Source: Thiobacillaceae bacterium (GTDB lineage: Bacteria > Pseudomonadota > Gammaproteobacteria > Burkholderiales > Thiobacillaceae). From it: a stretch of 64,000 nucleotides of DNA. The translations under genes and the position numbers were made by a program. The notes under the pieces are model-generated. The model searched no databases. It saw nothing but the letters and a program-made list of their open reading frames with translations, and was not told the DNA's origin. Location of the stretch: positions 45,252-109,251 of the forward strand of contig JBGAFI010000003.1 in the NCBI GenBank assembly GCA_044227325.1, read 5' to 3'. This document shows positions 36,926 to 45,597 of the stretch, in pieces. The number at the start of each line of letters is the position of its first letter. Positions within the stretch are counted from its first letter, which is position 1.

Positions 36926-39900
36926 GGGGTCGATTCCGTGGTTTGCGTCGAATCATGACCGATGCCATCGTCCGCTTCCACCCAATGCAGACGGCCGTCG
37001 CCGAACACCAGGACGATGCGCACGGTTTTTCCGGGATACAGGGCCAGGGCGGCGGCCCGGTAGCCGGCCATCTGGGCGAGATGGGGTTCCGCCCGGCGCG
37101 CGAGGTCGGGTTCGTTCAGGCCGCCGGTCTTGTAGTCCAGCACCCAGACCTCGGACTCGAATTCCACCAGTCGGTCGATGCGCGCGGCGCGGCCGGAGGG
37201 ATCGATGAACTCCATTTCGTTCAAGGCGGAGAGATGAAGCGCGGGATCGAAAGCGGCCGTCAGTTCCGGCAGATCGAGGATGCGCCGGGCCATGGCGCGG
37301 GTCCGCTCCGCCACGGTCTCGTCCAGGGCCAGGCGGGCGCGCAATGCGGCCTCGTCGCGGCCGTCCGTGAGACCTTCCAGCCAGGCGTGCACCAGGATGC
37401 CGAAATCCGCCTCCGGGCCGGCGGGCTCCAGCCTGCTGCCAACCGGCGGGATTTCCCCCGGCGGCGATGCGGCGAGCGGGGCGGATGTCGCGGAATCCGC
37501 GCCACTGGGCGAAACGGAAGCGAGGGCGGCGGACCAGCGCATTTCCGGCAAGCCCGCCATCTCCGCCCGCGCCAGCGCGTCCCGCGCCTGGGCCAGCCAG
37601 GCGCCTTCCTTGCCGTCGTCCGTGCCGGAGACGAACAAGGCCTGGCGCGCCCGGGTCATGGCCACGTAGAGCAGGTTCAGACGTTCCCGCTCCGCCTGGT
37701 TCTTCTCCCGTTCGAACAGGGCGTCCCGGCCCGGCCCGCGCCATTCCGAACCGCCGTGCAGCGAGAAGTGGATCGGTCGGTCGGATTCCGGCGGCCAGTC
37801 CACCGCCACGCCGAAACTCGCGTCGCGGCCGTCCGCCTGGTCCGCCTTGATCAGGAACACCACGGGCGCTTCCAAACCCTTGGCGCCGTGGATGGTGAGC
37901 ATGCGCACGACGTCGCCGTTCGCCGCCGGCGGTTCGTCCGGACCGTCCAGGCCGGCCTTGTCGCGCAGTTGCCGCAATTCGTCCAGAAAGCGCGGTAGGC
38001 TGGGATAGCGGCCGCCCGAGAGGGCGAGGGACAGTCCCAGGAAACCGTCCAGGTTGGCCAATGCCGCGGCGCGCAGCCGCTCCGGCAGAGCCTGGCGGTA
38101 ACGGGCCGGAATGTCGCCTTCGTGAAAAATGCGATCCAGCAGATCGTGTACCGGCAGCGTGCCGACCAGACCGCGCCAGCGTGCCAGCAGGTTCGCGGCC
38201 CGCCGCGCATGGACCGGCGCGTCGGCCGCCTGCGCCCATTGTTGCAGTCGCTCCCACCAGGCGCCCGCGCCGCGCGCAAGGCTTTGCAGATCCGGGTCCG
38301 AGCAGGCGAAGACGGGCGATTTCAGGCAATGGGCCAGACTCAAATCGTCCAGGGGCGAGACCAGAACCGTGAGCAGGGCGCCGAGGTCGCTGGCCTCCAG
38401 GGTATCCAGCAGGCCGCCGCGCCGGTCGCTGACATGGGGAATGCCGGCATGCTTGAAGGCTTCCTCGAAGACCTCCAGGTCCGCGCGCTTGGCATACAGC
38501 ACCAGGATGTCGGAAAAGCGCGCGGGCCGGCCGCCGTCGTCGTCCAGGTTCAGTCTGCCCACCACATCGAGGATACGGTTCGCGACCCAGGCGGCCTCGT
38601 CCGCGCGCTTGTGGGGTTGGGTGGGGGGCGGGAACGCCAAGGGATTGCGGAAGGGGATGGCGGCGATTTCGGCGGCGTCCACCGGCGCGGCATGCAGTTC
38701 GCACCAGCCTGGCAAGCCGGTCTGATGCGCGCTATGCGGGACAAAACCCGGGTAATCGGCCCGCTCCGTGAACAGGGCGTTCAGCCATGCCACAACGCGG
38801 GGCGCGCAACGCCGGGTTTCGTTCTGGGGAAAACGGCGCGCGGCGAAGTTGCGCTCCAACCATGTCGCCGCCGCTTCGAACAGGCGCGGCTCCGCGCGCC
38901 GGAAGCGGTAGATGGACTGTTTGGGATCGCCCACCATGAACACGGTCGGCCGCTGGGCATCGGCCCCGTAGGCCTCCAGCCAGCCGCGCAGGATGCGCCA
39001 TTGCAGCGGATTGGTGTCCTGGAACTCGTCCAGCAACACATGCTTCCAGCGGGCATCCAGCTTCATCTGGATCGCGGCGGCGGCCTCCTCGTCGGCGAGC
39101 AGCTTGGCCGCTTCCAGTTCACCGTCGCTGAAATCCAGTCCGCCTCTTTCCAGTTTCAATTGCTGATAAGTATCCAGATAAGCCTGGCCGACCATGAGGC
39201 CAAGGCGGTTGAGGCGCAAAGCGCGTTGCTCGGCTAGACCATGCTGCGTATCCAGAACCCGTTCGCCCAGGAACCGGTGCAGCTCCAGATAGCGGGCGGC
39301 GCCCTCGCTGCCCAGCCGCTTGTCCATTTCCTTGCCGGGTTTGCGCACCAGGATCGTGTTCTTTTGAGTCAGAAAAACCGAGCGCAAGGATGCAAATATC
39401 TCCCGGGCACCGTCTTGCTCATGGGCGGTGTCAAATGAGGGGGGAACCCCATTCATCAAGCCAAGGCTGCCTTCCAATGCCGCCGCCCGCTCCAGATATC
39501 CCTTCAGACCCGCCGCACCGTTGCGGGCGAGCAATTCCAGATATTCCCGACATGCCGCGGCGAATCCGGGCACGGTGAACAAATCCGCGATGACGTCGCT
39601 GCCCTCGCTCACGCCCAGCAGAGATTCCAGATCCTCTTGGGCCGCGGCCAAAGGATCGCTTTTGCCCAAACCCGCCGCCCACCATTCCGCGCGCCGGGCC
39701 ATCAGCCCATCCAGCAGTTTGCGCAGGCTGTCCAGAGTGAGTTCCCCGGCCAACTCGGCGAAGGCGGCTTCCACGCCGCCGCCCCGGTCGCCGCCGAGCT
39801 TCTCGACGAAGGCATGCCAAGTCTCCTCCCGCAACAACACCGCGTCTTCGATGATTTCTCCCGGCAAGCGCAGGGGAAGCGGCGCGCGGGAAAGAAGATG

Positions 39901-40326
39901 GAAGAACCAGCCGTGGAAGGTGGTGATCATGGGACCGGGCCGCGCGGTGCTCACCCGCTCCAACAGATTCCGGGCATCCGGCAAGGCCGACCGGGCCTCC
40001 GCTTCGCTCAAACCGCGCTGGACGAGAAAGCCGACCGCGTCCGCATCAGGCAACAGCGCCAGATCGCTCAGCCACCCGTCCAAGCGCACCCGCATCTCCG
40101 CCGCCGCCTTGCGGGTGAAGGTAATGGCCAGCAACTCGGAAGGCGCCGCGCCCGCAAGCAAAAGACGGAGCATGCGGGAGACCAGTAGCCAGGTCTTGCC
40201 GCTGCCGGCACAGGCTTCGACGACAGCACTAAGGCGAGGGACGAGGGCGGGTTGTAGAGGGCTGGTCACGGCGGCATCAGAAACGAGGTTGACGGGCAAA
40301 GGCAATGCAGTGACGAATTTCGTCAC
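36922..40326 (-). CDS. AddA-like UvrD/Rep-family helicase with C-terminal PD-(D/E)XK nuclease
   Basis: 1134 aa. Walker A AGSGKTW, UvrD motifs (TFTRKAAAEM, DEFQDTNP, MTIHGAKGLE, VAMTRAR). Nuclease motif IDRLVEFESEVWVLDYKTG near the C-terminus. Confidence 0.85.
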   Translation of the reverse strand: MTKFVTALPLPVNLVSDAAVTSPLQPALVPRLSAVVEACAGSGKTWLLVSRMLRLLLAGAAPSELLAITFTRKAAAEMRVRLDGWLSDLALLPDADAVGFLVQRGLSEAEARSALPDARNLLERVSTARPGPMITTFHGWFFHLLSRAPLPLRLPGEIIEDAVLLREETWHAFVEKLGGDRGGGVEAAFAELAGELTLDSLRKLLDGLMARRAEWWAAGLGKSDPLAAAQEDLESLLGVSEGSDVIADLFTVPGFAAACREYLELLARNGAAGLKGYLERAAALEGSLGLMNGVPPSFDTAHEQDGAREIFASLRSVFLTQKNTILVRKPGKEMDKRLGSEGAARYLELHRFLGERVLDTQHGLAEQRALRLNRLGLMVGQAYLDTYQQLKLERGGLDFSDGELEAAKLLADEEAAAAIQMKLDARWKHVLLDEFQDTNPLQWRILRGWLEAYGADAQRPTVFMVGDPKQSIYRFRRAEPRLFEAAATWLERNFAARRFPQNETRRCAPRVVAWLNALFTERADYPGFVPHSAHQTGLPGWCELHAAPVDAAEIAAIPFRNPLAFPPPTQPHKRADEAAWVANRILDVVGRLNLDDDGGRPARFSDILVLYAKRADLEVFEEAFKHAGIPHVSDRRGGLLDTLEASDLGALLTVLVSPLDDLSLAHCLKSPVFACSDPDLQSLARGAGAWWERLQQWAQAADAPVHARRAANLLARWRGLVGTLPVHDLLDRIFHEGDIPARYRQALPERLRAAALANLDGFLGLSLALSGGRYPSLPRFLDELRQLRDKAGLDGPDEPPAANGDVVRMLTIHGAKGLEAPVVFLIKADQADGRDASFGVAVDWPPESDRPIHFSLHGGSEWRGPGRDALFEREKNQAERERLNLLYVAMTRARQALFVSGTDDGKEGAWLAQARDALARAEMAGLPEMRWSAALASVSPSGADSATSAPLAASPPGEIPPVGSRLEPAGPEADFGILVHAWLEGLTDGRDEAALRARLALDETVAERTRAMARRILDLPELTAAFDPALHLSALNEMEFIDPSGRAARIDRLVEFESEVWVLDYKTGGLNEPDLARRAEPHLAQMAGYRAAALALYPGKTVRIVLVFGDGRLHWVEADDGIGHDSTQTTESTP

Positions 40327-40449
40327 TTTTGTTTCGGTCGTTCGGGGTTGTCGTGGTCATCGAATGATATTTCTTCTATACGGCGTGTGCCCTAAAGTCA
40401 CTCGTATTCCTGCGGATACAGTGTGCGAGCGTGCCGGGGTCGAGATGGC

Positions 40450-40465
40450 TGGCACGAATCTCGCA
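40450..40465 (+). promoter_or_regulatory. Sigma-54 (-24/-12) type promoter upstream of the pilin gene
   Basis: TGGCAC-GAATC-TCGCA compared with consensus TGGCAC-N5-TTGCA. It lies 55 bp upstream of the pilA ATG. Type IVa pilin genes are commonly RpoN/PilR-dependent. Confidence 0.55.
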
Positions 40466-40519
40466 TAGAGTTCCACGCCGCCAAAATGGCGCAATTCTTC
40501 AACTCAATAGGAGTGCGAA

Positions 40520-40972
40520 ATGAAATCGATGCAAATCCGTTCCGGTCAGGCTGGCTTTACCTTGATTGAACTGCTGATTGTGGTCGCCATCATTGGCATC
40601 TTGGCGGCGATCGCAGTGCCTCAATACCAGAGCTACACGAATAAGGCTCGTTTTACTGAAGTTGTAAATGCTGTCGCACCATACAAATTAGCAGTGGAGG
40701 GCTGTATTCAGCAACAAGGTCTTTCTGGCGTTAATGTTGTGGGTTGCGGTGCTGGATCAAATGGTGTGCCCCAGGCTATTGCGTCACCTGCGGCAGGTCA
40801 GCTTGATAGTTTGGCTGTGAGCGACGCGGGTGTAATTACTGCCACGGGTGACCTCGCAGTCTGTGGCACTGGCGCGCAAGCATGCACTTACGTGTTGACC
40901 CCGACAGCCCGTACCACAGGTGTAACTTGGACGCCTGGCGGGAACTGTGCGGCGGCAGGTATATGTAATTAA
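40520..40972 (+). CDS. pilA: Type IVa pilin
   Basis: Prepilin leader MKSMQIRSGQAG|FTLIELLIVVAIIGILAAIAVPQYQ with Glu5. C-terminal disulfide loop C-AAAGI-C. Confidence 0.93.
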   Translation: MKSMQIRSGQAGFTLIELLIVVAIIGILAAIAVPQYQSYTNKARFTEVVNAVAPYKLAVEGCIQQQGLSGVNVVGCGAGSNGVPQAIASPAAGQLDSLAVSDAGVITATGDLAVCGTGAQACTYVLTPTARTTGVTWTPGGNCAAAGICN

Positions 40973-41049
40973 TGTGCCGTAGCCTCGGAACTGTTTCAGG
41001 CATACTCGCATAATCTTTATGCAGATAATCGCATAAGTTACTTATATTT

Positions 41050-41075
41050 AGCCCCTCGAACGAGGGGCTTTTTTA
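41050..41075 (+). terminator. Intrinsic terminator after pilA
   Basis: GCCCCTC-GAAC-GAGGGGC followed by TTTTTT. Confidence 0.75.
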
Positions 41076-41084
41076 TTGTCGAAT

Positions 41085-42701
41085 ATGAGCCAATTGTTAG
41101 TAAGATTTCTGCTCTTGATTGCGATTCCGGTGATCCTTTATGGGGGATTTCTTCATAATCCTCTAGTTTTTGATGACCTTTATTTTTTCTTGGCTGGGAG
41201 CCCGGAAAAGTATGTGGCATCCGGTTTTCAAGCTGTGCCACGCTGGTGGGCTTATTATTCTTTAGGTTTGACGTTTGTATATTTTGGCCCTGAATTGCCC
41301 AACTTCAGATTGGGAAACTTGGCTTTACATATTGGTACGGGATTCGTGCTTTATTTTCTGATTCGCCGTCTGCTGAATGATTTGGATGACATCAGATCTG
41401 ATGCTGTTAATGTCAGTTGGGCTGCGGCCCTCGCTACTCTGCTCTTTTTACTCCACCCGGTAGCAGTCTACGCCTCAGGTTACCTGATCCAGCGGACCAT
41501 TTTGATGTCAACTTTGTTTAGTATGCTAACTTGGTTGGCCTTTTGGCATGGAATACAAGGGTCGCGTCGCGCGTTATGGTCAGCCCCGGTTTTTTATTTT
41601 TTTGCTGTTTATTCAAAAGAGCATGCAGTCATGGCACCGGCGGTATGTTATGCACTGTTGATGCTGCATAACCGGAGTGGTTTCTCTATTGCCATTAAAA
41701 AGATTGAATTGACTGCCCTGTTTGGGGTGTTTGGCGCAATAGCACTGCTGGTTATTCTGCAAGTTAAGGGGGTCATCGGGGTGGCTTATGAACCGTTTGC
41801 GCAGGAAATGCTACGTGATGTTAATATTCCCGAACATGCTCATGTGTTAAGTATATTGACCCAGGCCGCCCATTATTTTCATTACTTGATTTTGTGGCTG
41901 CTGCCAAATGTTGCATGGATGTCCATCGACATGCGCGAAGCTTTCCAATTAAGCTTATATTCCCCTGCTGCATGGTTGGGCTTCGGCGCTTTTTTGGCCT
42001 ATGGCGGCATGGCAGCCTACCTGCTTTCTCGTGGTGGAGTACCAGGACTTTTGGGATTTTCTTTTGTCGTCCCTTGGTTGATGTTTATGACTGAGTTTTC
42101 CTCGGTACGCATACAGGAAATCTTTGTGCTTTATCGTAGTTACTTGTGGATGCCACTGGTTTTTCTGGCTGTGGCATTAGGGTTACGTCGATTAACGATC
42201 CGTGTATCCTGGGGTGTTGGCATAATTCTCGCTCTAGGTTTGTTCCTCTTGTCTTTTGATCGACTCACTAGCTTTTCTCACCCATTTTTACTTTGGGATG
42301 AGGCCGTAAAATTGGCGGAGAAGCAAGGCAAACAACCTGGTGTCACTGGTTTGGCGCGAATCTATCATAACCGGGGTTTGGCATTGTATCGTGCGGGTTT
42401 TGTGCCCAATGCCATACATGATTATAATCGCGCATTAGTGCTGAAGCCAGACTATAGCTATGCTTATAATGATCGTGGCGCCGCACGACTTGATTTAAGG
42501 GACAATGTTGGTGCTTTGGCTGATTTTAATGAAGCCAACCGGCTTGATCCAGACTATACTCGACCATATGTTGGAGTTGCATTGGCATTGGAGAGGTTGG
42601 GACGGTTGGATGAAGCTGCCATGGCTTATAGCCGCGCTTGTCAAAAGGGCTGGGTGTCCGCTTGTAATCATGTGAGTGCGCCTCAAAGAATCGGACAATA
42701 G
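41085..42701 (+). CDS. Polytopic GT-C-fold (PMT/TMTC-like) glycosyltransferase candidate with C-terminal TPR repeats
   Basis: The N-terminal ~400 aa contain many TM helices, with NPLVFDDLYF in the first loop, resembling the FxDD catalytic-loop motif of TMTC/PMT-type GT-C enzymes. The C-terminus has 3-4 clear TPR units (YHNRGLALYRAG..., AYNDRGAARLDL..., PYVGVALALERLG...). The start may be TTG 41076 or ATG 41085. Confidence 0.6.
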   Translation: MSQLLVRFLLLIAIPVILYGGFLHNPLVFDDLYFFLAGSPEKYVASGFQAVPRWWAYYSLGLTFVYFGPELPNFRLGNLALHIGTGFVLYFLIRRLLNDLDDIRSDAVNVSWAAALATLLFLLHPVAVYASGYLIQRTILMSTLFSMLTWLAFWHGIQGSRRALWSAPVFYFFAVYSKEHAVMAPAVCYALLMLHNRSGFSIAIKKIELTALFGVFGAIALLVILQVKGVIGVAYEPFAQEMLRDVNIPEHAHVLSILTQAAHYFHYLILWLLPNVAWMSIDMREAFQLSLYSPAAWLGFGAFLAYGGMAAYLLSRGGVPGLLGFSFVVPWLMFMTEFSSVRIQEIFVLYRSYLWMPLVFLAVALGLRRLTIRVSWGVGIILALGLFLLSFDRLTSFSHPFLLWDEAVKLAEKQGKQPGVTGLARIYHNRGLALYRAGFVPNAIHDYNRALVLKPDYSYAYNDRGAARLDLRDNVGALADFNEANRLDPDYTRPYVGVALALERLGRLDEAAMAYSRACQKGWVSACNHVSAPQRIGQ

Positions 42702-42945
42702 TAATTTTTGCCAAATTCCTTTAGGGAAACGCTGAACAAATGCCTTTGAATGCCGACCCGACAAGAGCGCGAGACGGCCTAGCCGATTTCCGGGGCGGTT
42801 TGCATCCTGGAAGAAGGCGTTTCCTTAGGGTCGTGGATTGGCAAGTAAATTGCCGCCCCTTAATTAATTTACATGCTCGAGTCGCATGCCTAAATTGCGC
42901 TTTAAATTTGCTTACACTGAGCGATTTTTGAGAGGTTTTTTGGCA

Positions 42946-43362
42946 TCAGCCCTGTGTTTTTGCTAACCACATTAGCCATACACGCAACCGTCTTTTATTC
43001 TCGACCGAGGTGCTATCCGACAAAACACAAAGAAACTGATCGTGAGTGTCTTCCCCGATTCGGCAATGGATGATGATGATGTGCGGTTTGGCTAAATCGA
43101 TGGATACCCGTTCGGTCTGTCTACAAGCCCCGTTCAGACGAATCTCCAGCCTACCGTCCAGATTGCAGCGCAAGTGGGTTGCCGGGCCTGGGCGGCTGTG
43201 TGCGAGGAGACTCGCCGCCAGAATCACCATACCCGCTATCTGCGCCGGGACGGGTAAATTTGCCAGCAAGAGCGCAACGCTCGCGACGAGGTGCAGGACT
43301 CCAACCGCCAGGCTCAATTGCCGTGACGGTTTCACGGTCAGAACCAGGGGAAGCGGAAACAT
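42946..43362 (-). CDS. Small two-TM membrane protein, YgfX/CptA (DUF1434)-like
   Basis: 138 aa. From memory it is colinear with E. coli YgfX: L-x-V-x-x-S-x-Q, two TM helices, DGRL, and a C-terminal ...SDS..E..RRLRVWL. No SdhE-like gene is adjacent. Confidence 0.45.
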   Translation of the reverse strand: MFPLPLVLTVKPSRQLSLAVGVLHLVASVALLLANLPVPAQIAGMVILAASLLAHSRPGPATHLRCNLDGRLEIRLNGACRQTERVSIDLAKPHIIIIHCRIGEDTHDQFLCVLSDSTSVENKRRLRVWLMWLAKTQG

Positions 43363-43388
43363 GTTTTTCCTTCCTCGTCAGTCACGCA

Positions 43389-44174
43389 TCAGTTCACGGC
43401 CAGACCGGCCTTCTCCAGCAAGTCCCTGACATACTTTCCGGGAATCGCGTAGGTGATGCCGCTCGGATCCCGCAACAGACTTTCTTTCGAACCCTTCACG
43501 AAAACGGAATTTATCACCCCGATCACCTCGCCGGTTTCTCCGTCGTAAAGCGGGCTGCCGCTGTTGCCTGGGTAGGCGGTGGCATCGAGCTGGAACACCA
43601 TGAAAGGATCGTCGGCGCGCTTGATGAGCTTGGACGTGAGGCTCCGGGTGCCCGGCGTGGGGCTGTAGATGGGGGCGATGGCGGCGAGGCCGGCGCGGTG
43701 GGTGGCGGGGTGGAGGCCCAGCACCGAGCCGATGGGGAAACCGGTGAAATAGAAGAGTTGGCCTTCCCGGACCTTGTCGGAATCGCCGATCTTCATTGCC
43801 GGCACCGGAGCGCCTTCCATCTTGAGCAGCAGGAGGTCGTGATCCGCATCGCTGGCGACTTTTTCCGCCTTGCGCACTATGAGGCCGCTCGGGCCGCGCA
43901 GGAAGACAGCGAGGGATTCCCCCTTTTCTTCCTCCATGAGCAAGGGTGGGACATGGGCATTGGTGACGACATGGATGCCATCCGCCACCACGAAACCCGT
44001 CCCGGAAAATTTGATGCGCGGGTTGCGCAGGGGGTGCAGCGTGCCCACCCCCGCGATGGCCATTTTGACGCGGGGCAGGAGCTCGACAATGTCGGCCCTT
44101 GCGCCGCTTGAAAAACCGCTCAACGAAATGCAAAGTCCGGCCGATATAAGCAGTGATGTAAATTTCGTGCGCAT
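43389..44174 (-). CDS. Secreted trypsin-like (S1) serine protease
   Basis: Signal peptide, His region GTGFVVADGIHVVTNAHV, and Ser region YPGNSGSPLYDGETGEVIGVINS. Confidence 0.85.
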   Translation of the reverse strand: MRTKFTSLLISAGLCISLSGFSSGARADIVELLPRVKMAIAGVGTLHPLRNPRIKFSGTGFVVADGIHVVTNAHVPPLLMEEEKGESLAVFLRGPSGLIVRKAEKVASDADHDLLLLKMEGAPVPAMKIGDSDKVREGQLFYFTGFPIGSVLGLHPATHRAGLAAIAPIYSPTPGTRSLTSKLIKRADDPFMVFQLDATAYPGNSGSPLYDGETGEVIGVINSVFVKGSKESLLRDPSGITYAIPGKYVRDLLEKAGLAVN

Positions 44175-44251
44175 GGTTTCTCCAATGTTGTTCCCATCAT
44201 GCCATGGGCTTTCCTAGTTAGAATGTCACCGCCTTTTTATTGGGAGTCGTC

Positions 44252-45535
44252 ATGACTGTTGTCGCTGTAGTGGGGCTGGGCTATGTGGGCCTCCCCCTGG
44301 CCGCCGAATTCGGCAAGAAGTTCGAAACCATCGGCTACGACCTTTCGGAAGCCAAGATCGCCAACTACAAGAACTATTGCGATCCCACCGGCGAGGTCAG
44401 CACGGAAGCCCTGAAGGCGGCAACCAAGCTTACCGTCAGCACCGACCCCAGCACCATCGGCAAGGCAGACGTCATCATCGTCGCCGTGCCCACGCCGGTG
44501 GACGAGGCCCACATCCCGGATTTTTCCCCCCTGGTCGGCTCCAGCACCACGGTGGGCAAGCATATGAAGAAGGGGGCCATCGTGGTGTACGAGTCCACGG
44601 TCTATCCCGGCGCCACCGAGGAGGTGTGCATTCCCTTGCTGGAGCAGCATTCCGGCATGAAGTGGATGCGGGATTTCCACGTCGGCTACTCCCCCGAGCG
44701 GGTCAACCCGGGCGACAAGGAACGCACCATCACCAAGATCGTCAAGGTCGTTTCCGGCGATGACGAAGCCACCCTGAAGACGGTGGGCGACCTGTACGCC
44801 ACGGTCATCGAGGCCGGCGTGCACCGGGCCAGTTCCATCAAGGTGGCGGAAGCCGCGAAGGTCATCGAGAACACCCAGCGCGACCTGAACATCGCCCTGA
44901 TGAACGAATTGGCGCTGATTTTCGACCGCCTCGGCATCGACACCCTGGAGGTGCTCCAGGCCGCCGGCACCAAGTGGAACTTCCTGCCCTTCCGGCCCGG
45001 TCTGGTGGGCGGCCACTGCATCGGCGTCGATCCCTACTACCTGACCCACAAGGCCGAGATGCTGGGCTATCACCCGCAAGTGATCCTGGCCGGCCGGCGC
45101 ATCAACGACGGCATGGCGGCCTATGTCGCGCAACAGACCGTCAAGGGCATGATCGCGAACGGCAGCGCGGTGCGCGGCGCCAAGGTCATCGTCCTGGGCC
45201 TCACCTTCAAGGAAGACTGCCCGGATCTGCGCAACTCCAAGGTGGCCGATCTGGTGAAGGAACTGCAATCCTTCGGCTGCGACGTGAGCGTGCACGATCC
45301 CATCGCCGAATCGCCCGAGGCCGAGCACGAATACGGCATCAGTCTCACACCCTGGGACAAGCTGCCCGGCGAGGTGGATGCCGTCGTCGCGGCGGTATCC
45401 CACAAACAGTACAAAGCCATGCCGCTGTCCGACATCCTGGGCAAGCTGCGCAAAGGGGGCGTGTTCACCGATGTGAAATCCGCCTACGACCAGACCGCGG
45501 TCAAGGCGGCGGGTTATTCCCTCTGGCGTTTGTAA
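44252..45535 (+). CDS. wbpO: UDP-N-acetyl-D-glucosamine 6-dehydrogenase (WbpO/TviB family)
   Basis: Rossmann N-terminus VAVVGLGYVGLPLA behind a GGGAG RBS, and catalytic Cys context GGHCIGVDPYYL. It is paired with wbpP. Confidence 0.85.
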   Translation: MTVVAVVGLGYVGLPLAAEFGKKFETIGYDLSEAKIANYKNYCDPTGEVSTEALKAATKLTVSTDPSTIGKADVIIVAVPTPVDEAHIPDFSPLVGSSTTVGKHMKKGAIVVYESTVYPGATEEVCIPLLEQHSGMKWMRDFHVGYSPERVNPGDKERTITKIVKVVSGDDEATLKTVGDLYATVIEAGVHRASSIKVAEAAKVIENTQRDLNIALMNELALIFDRLGIDTLEVLQAAGTKWNFLPFRPGLVGGHCIGVDPYYLTHKAEMLGYHPQVILAGRRINDGMAAYVAQQTVKGMIANGSAVRGAKVIVLGLTFKEDCPDLRNSKVADLVKELQSFGCDVSVHDPIAESPEAEHEYGISLTPWDKLPGEVDAVVAAVSHKQYKAMPLSDILGKLRKGGVFTDVKSAYDQTAVKAAGYSLWRL

Positions 45536-45597
45536 TCACTTTCCCACCACTTGCCGGTCCGCCGACCTGAACGGCGGCCGGCGAAAGCCCGAGTTCC

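Larger units (their letters stand above)
40327..42945. other. AT-richer island (pilin, GT-C/TPR protein and flanking spacers)
   Basis: Hand count of a representative line (41041-41100) gives 24/60 G+C, against 38/60 for a typical housekeeping line (17281-17340). Codon usage in both island genes is visibly A/T-ending. Confidence 0.7.

Noticed and set aside
42702-42945. The 63-aa ORF (42740-42931) and a possible integrase or tRNA remnant at the right edge of the AT-rich island.
   Set aside because: It has no RBS and no recognisable protein motif. I found no tRNA-like cloverleaf and no direct repeats flanking the island. It is treated as non-coding spacer.
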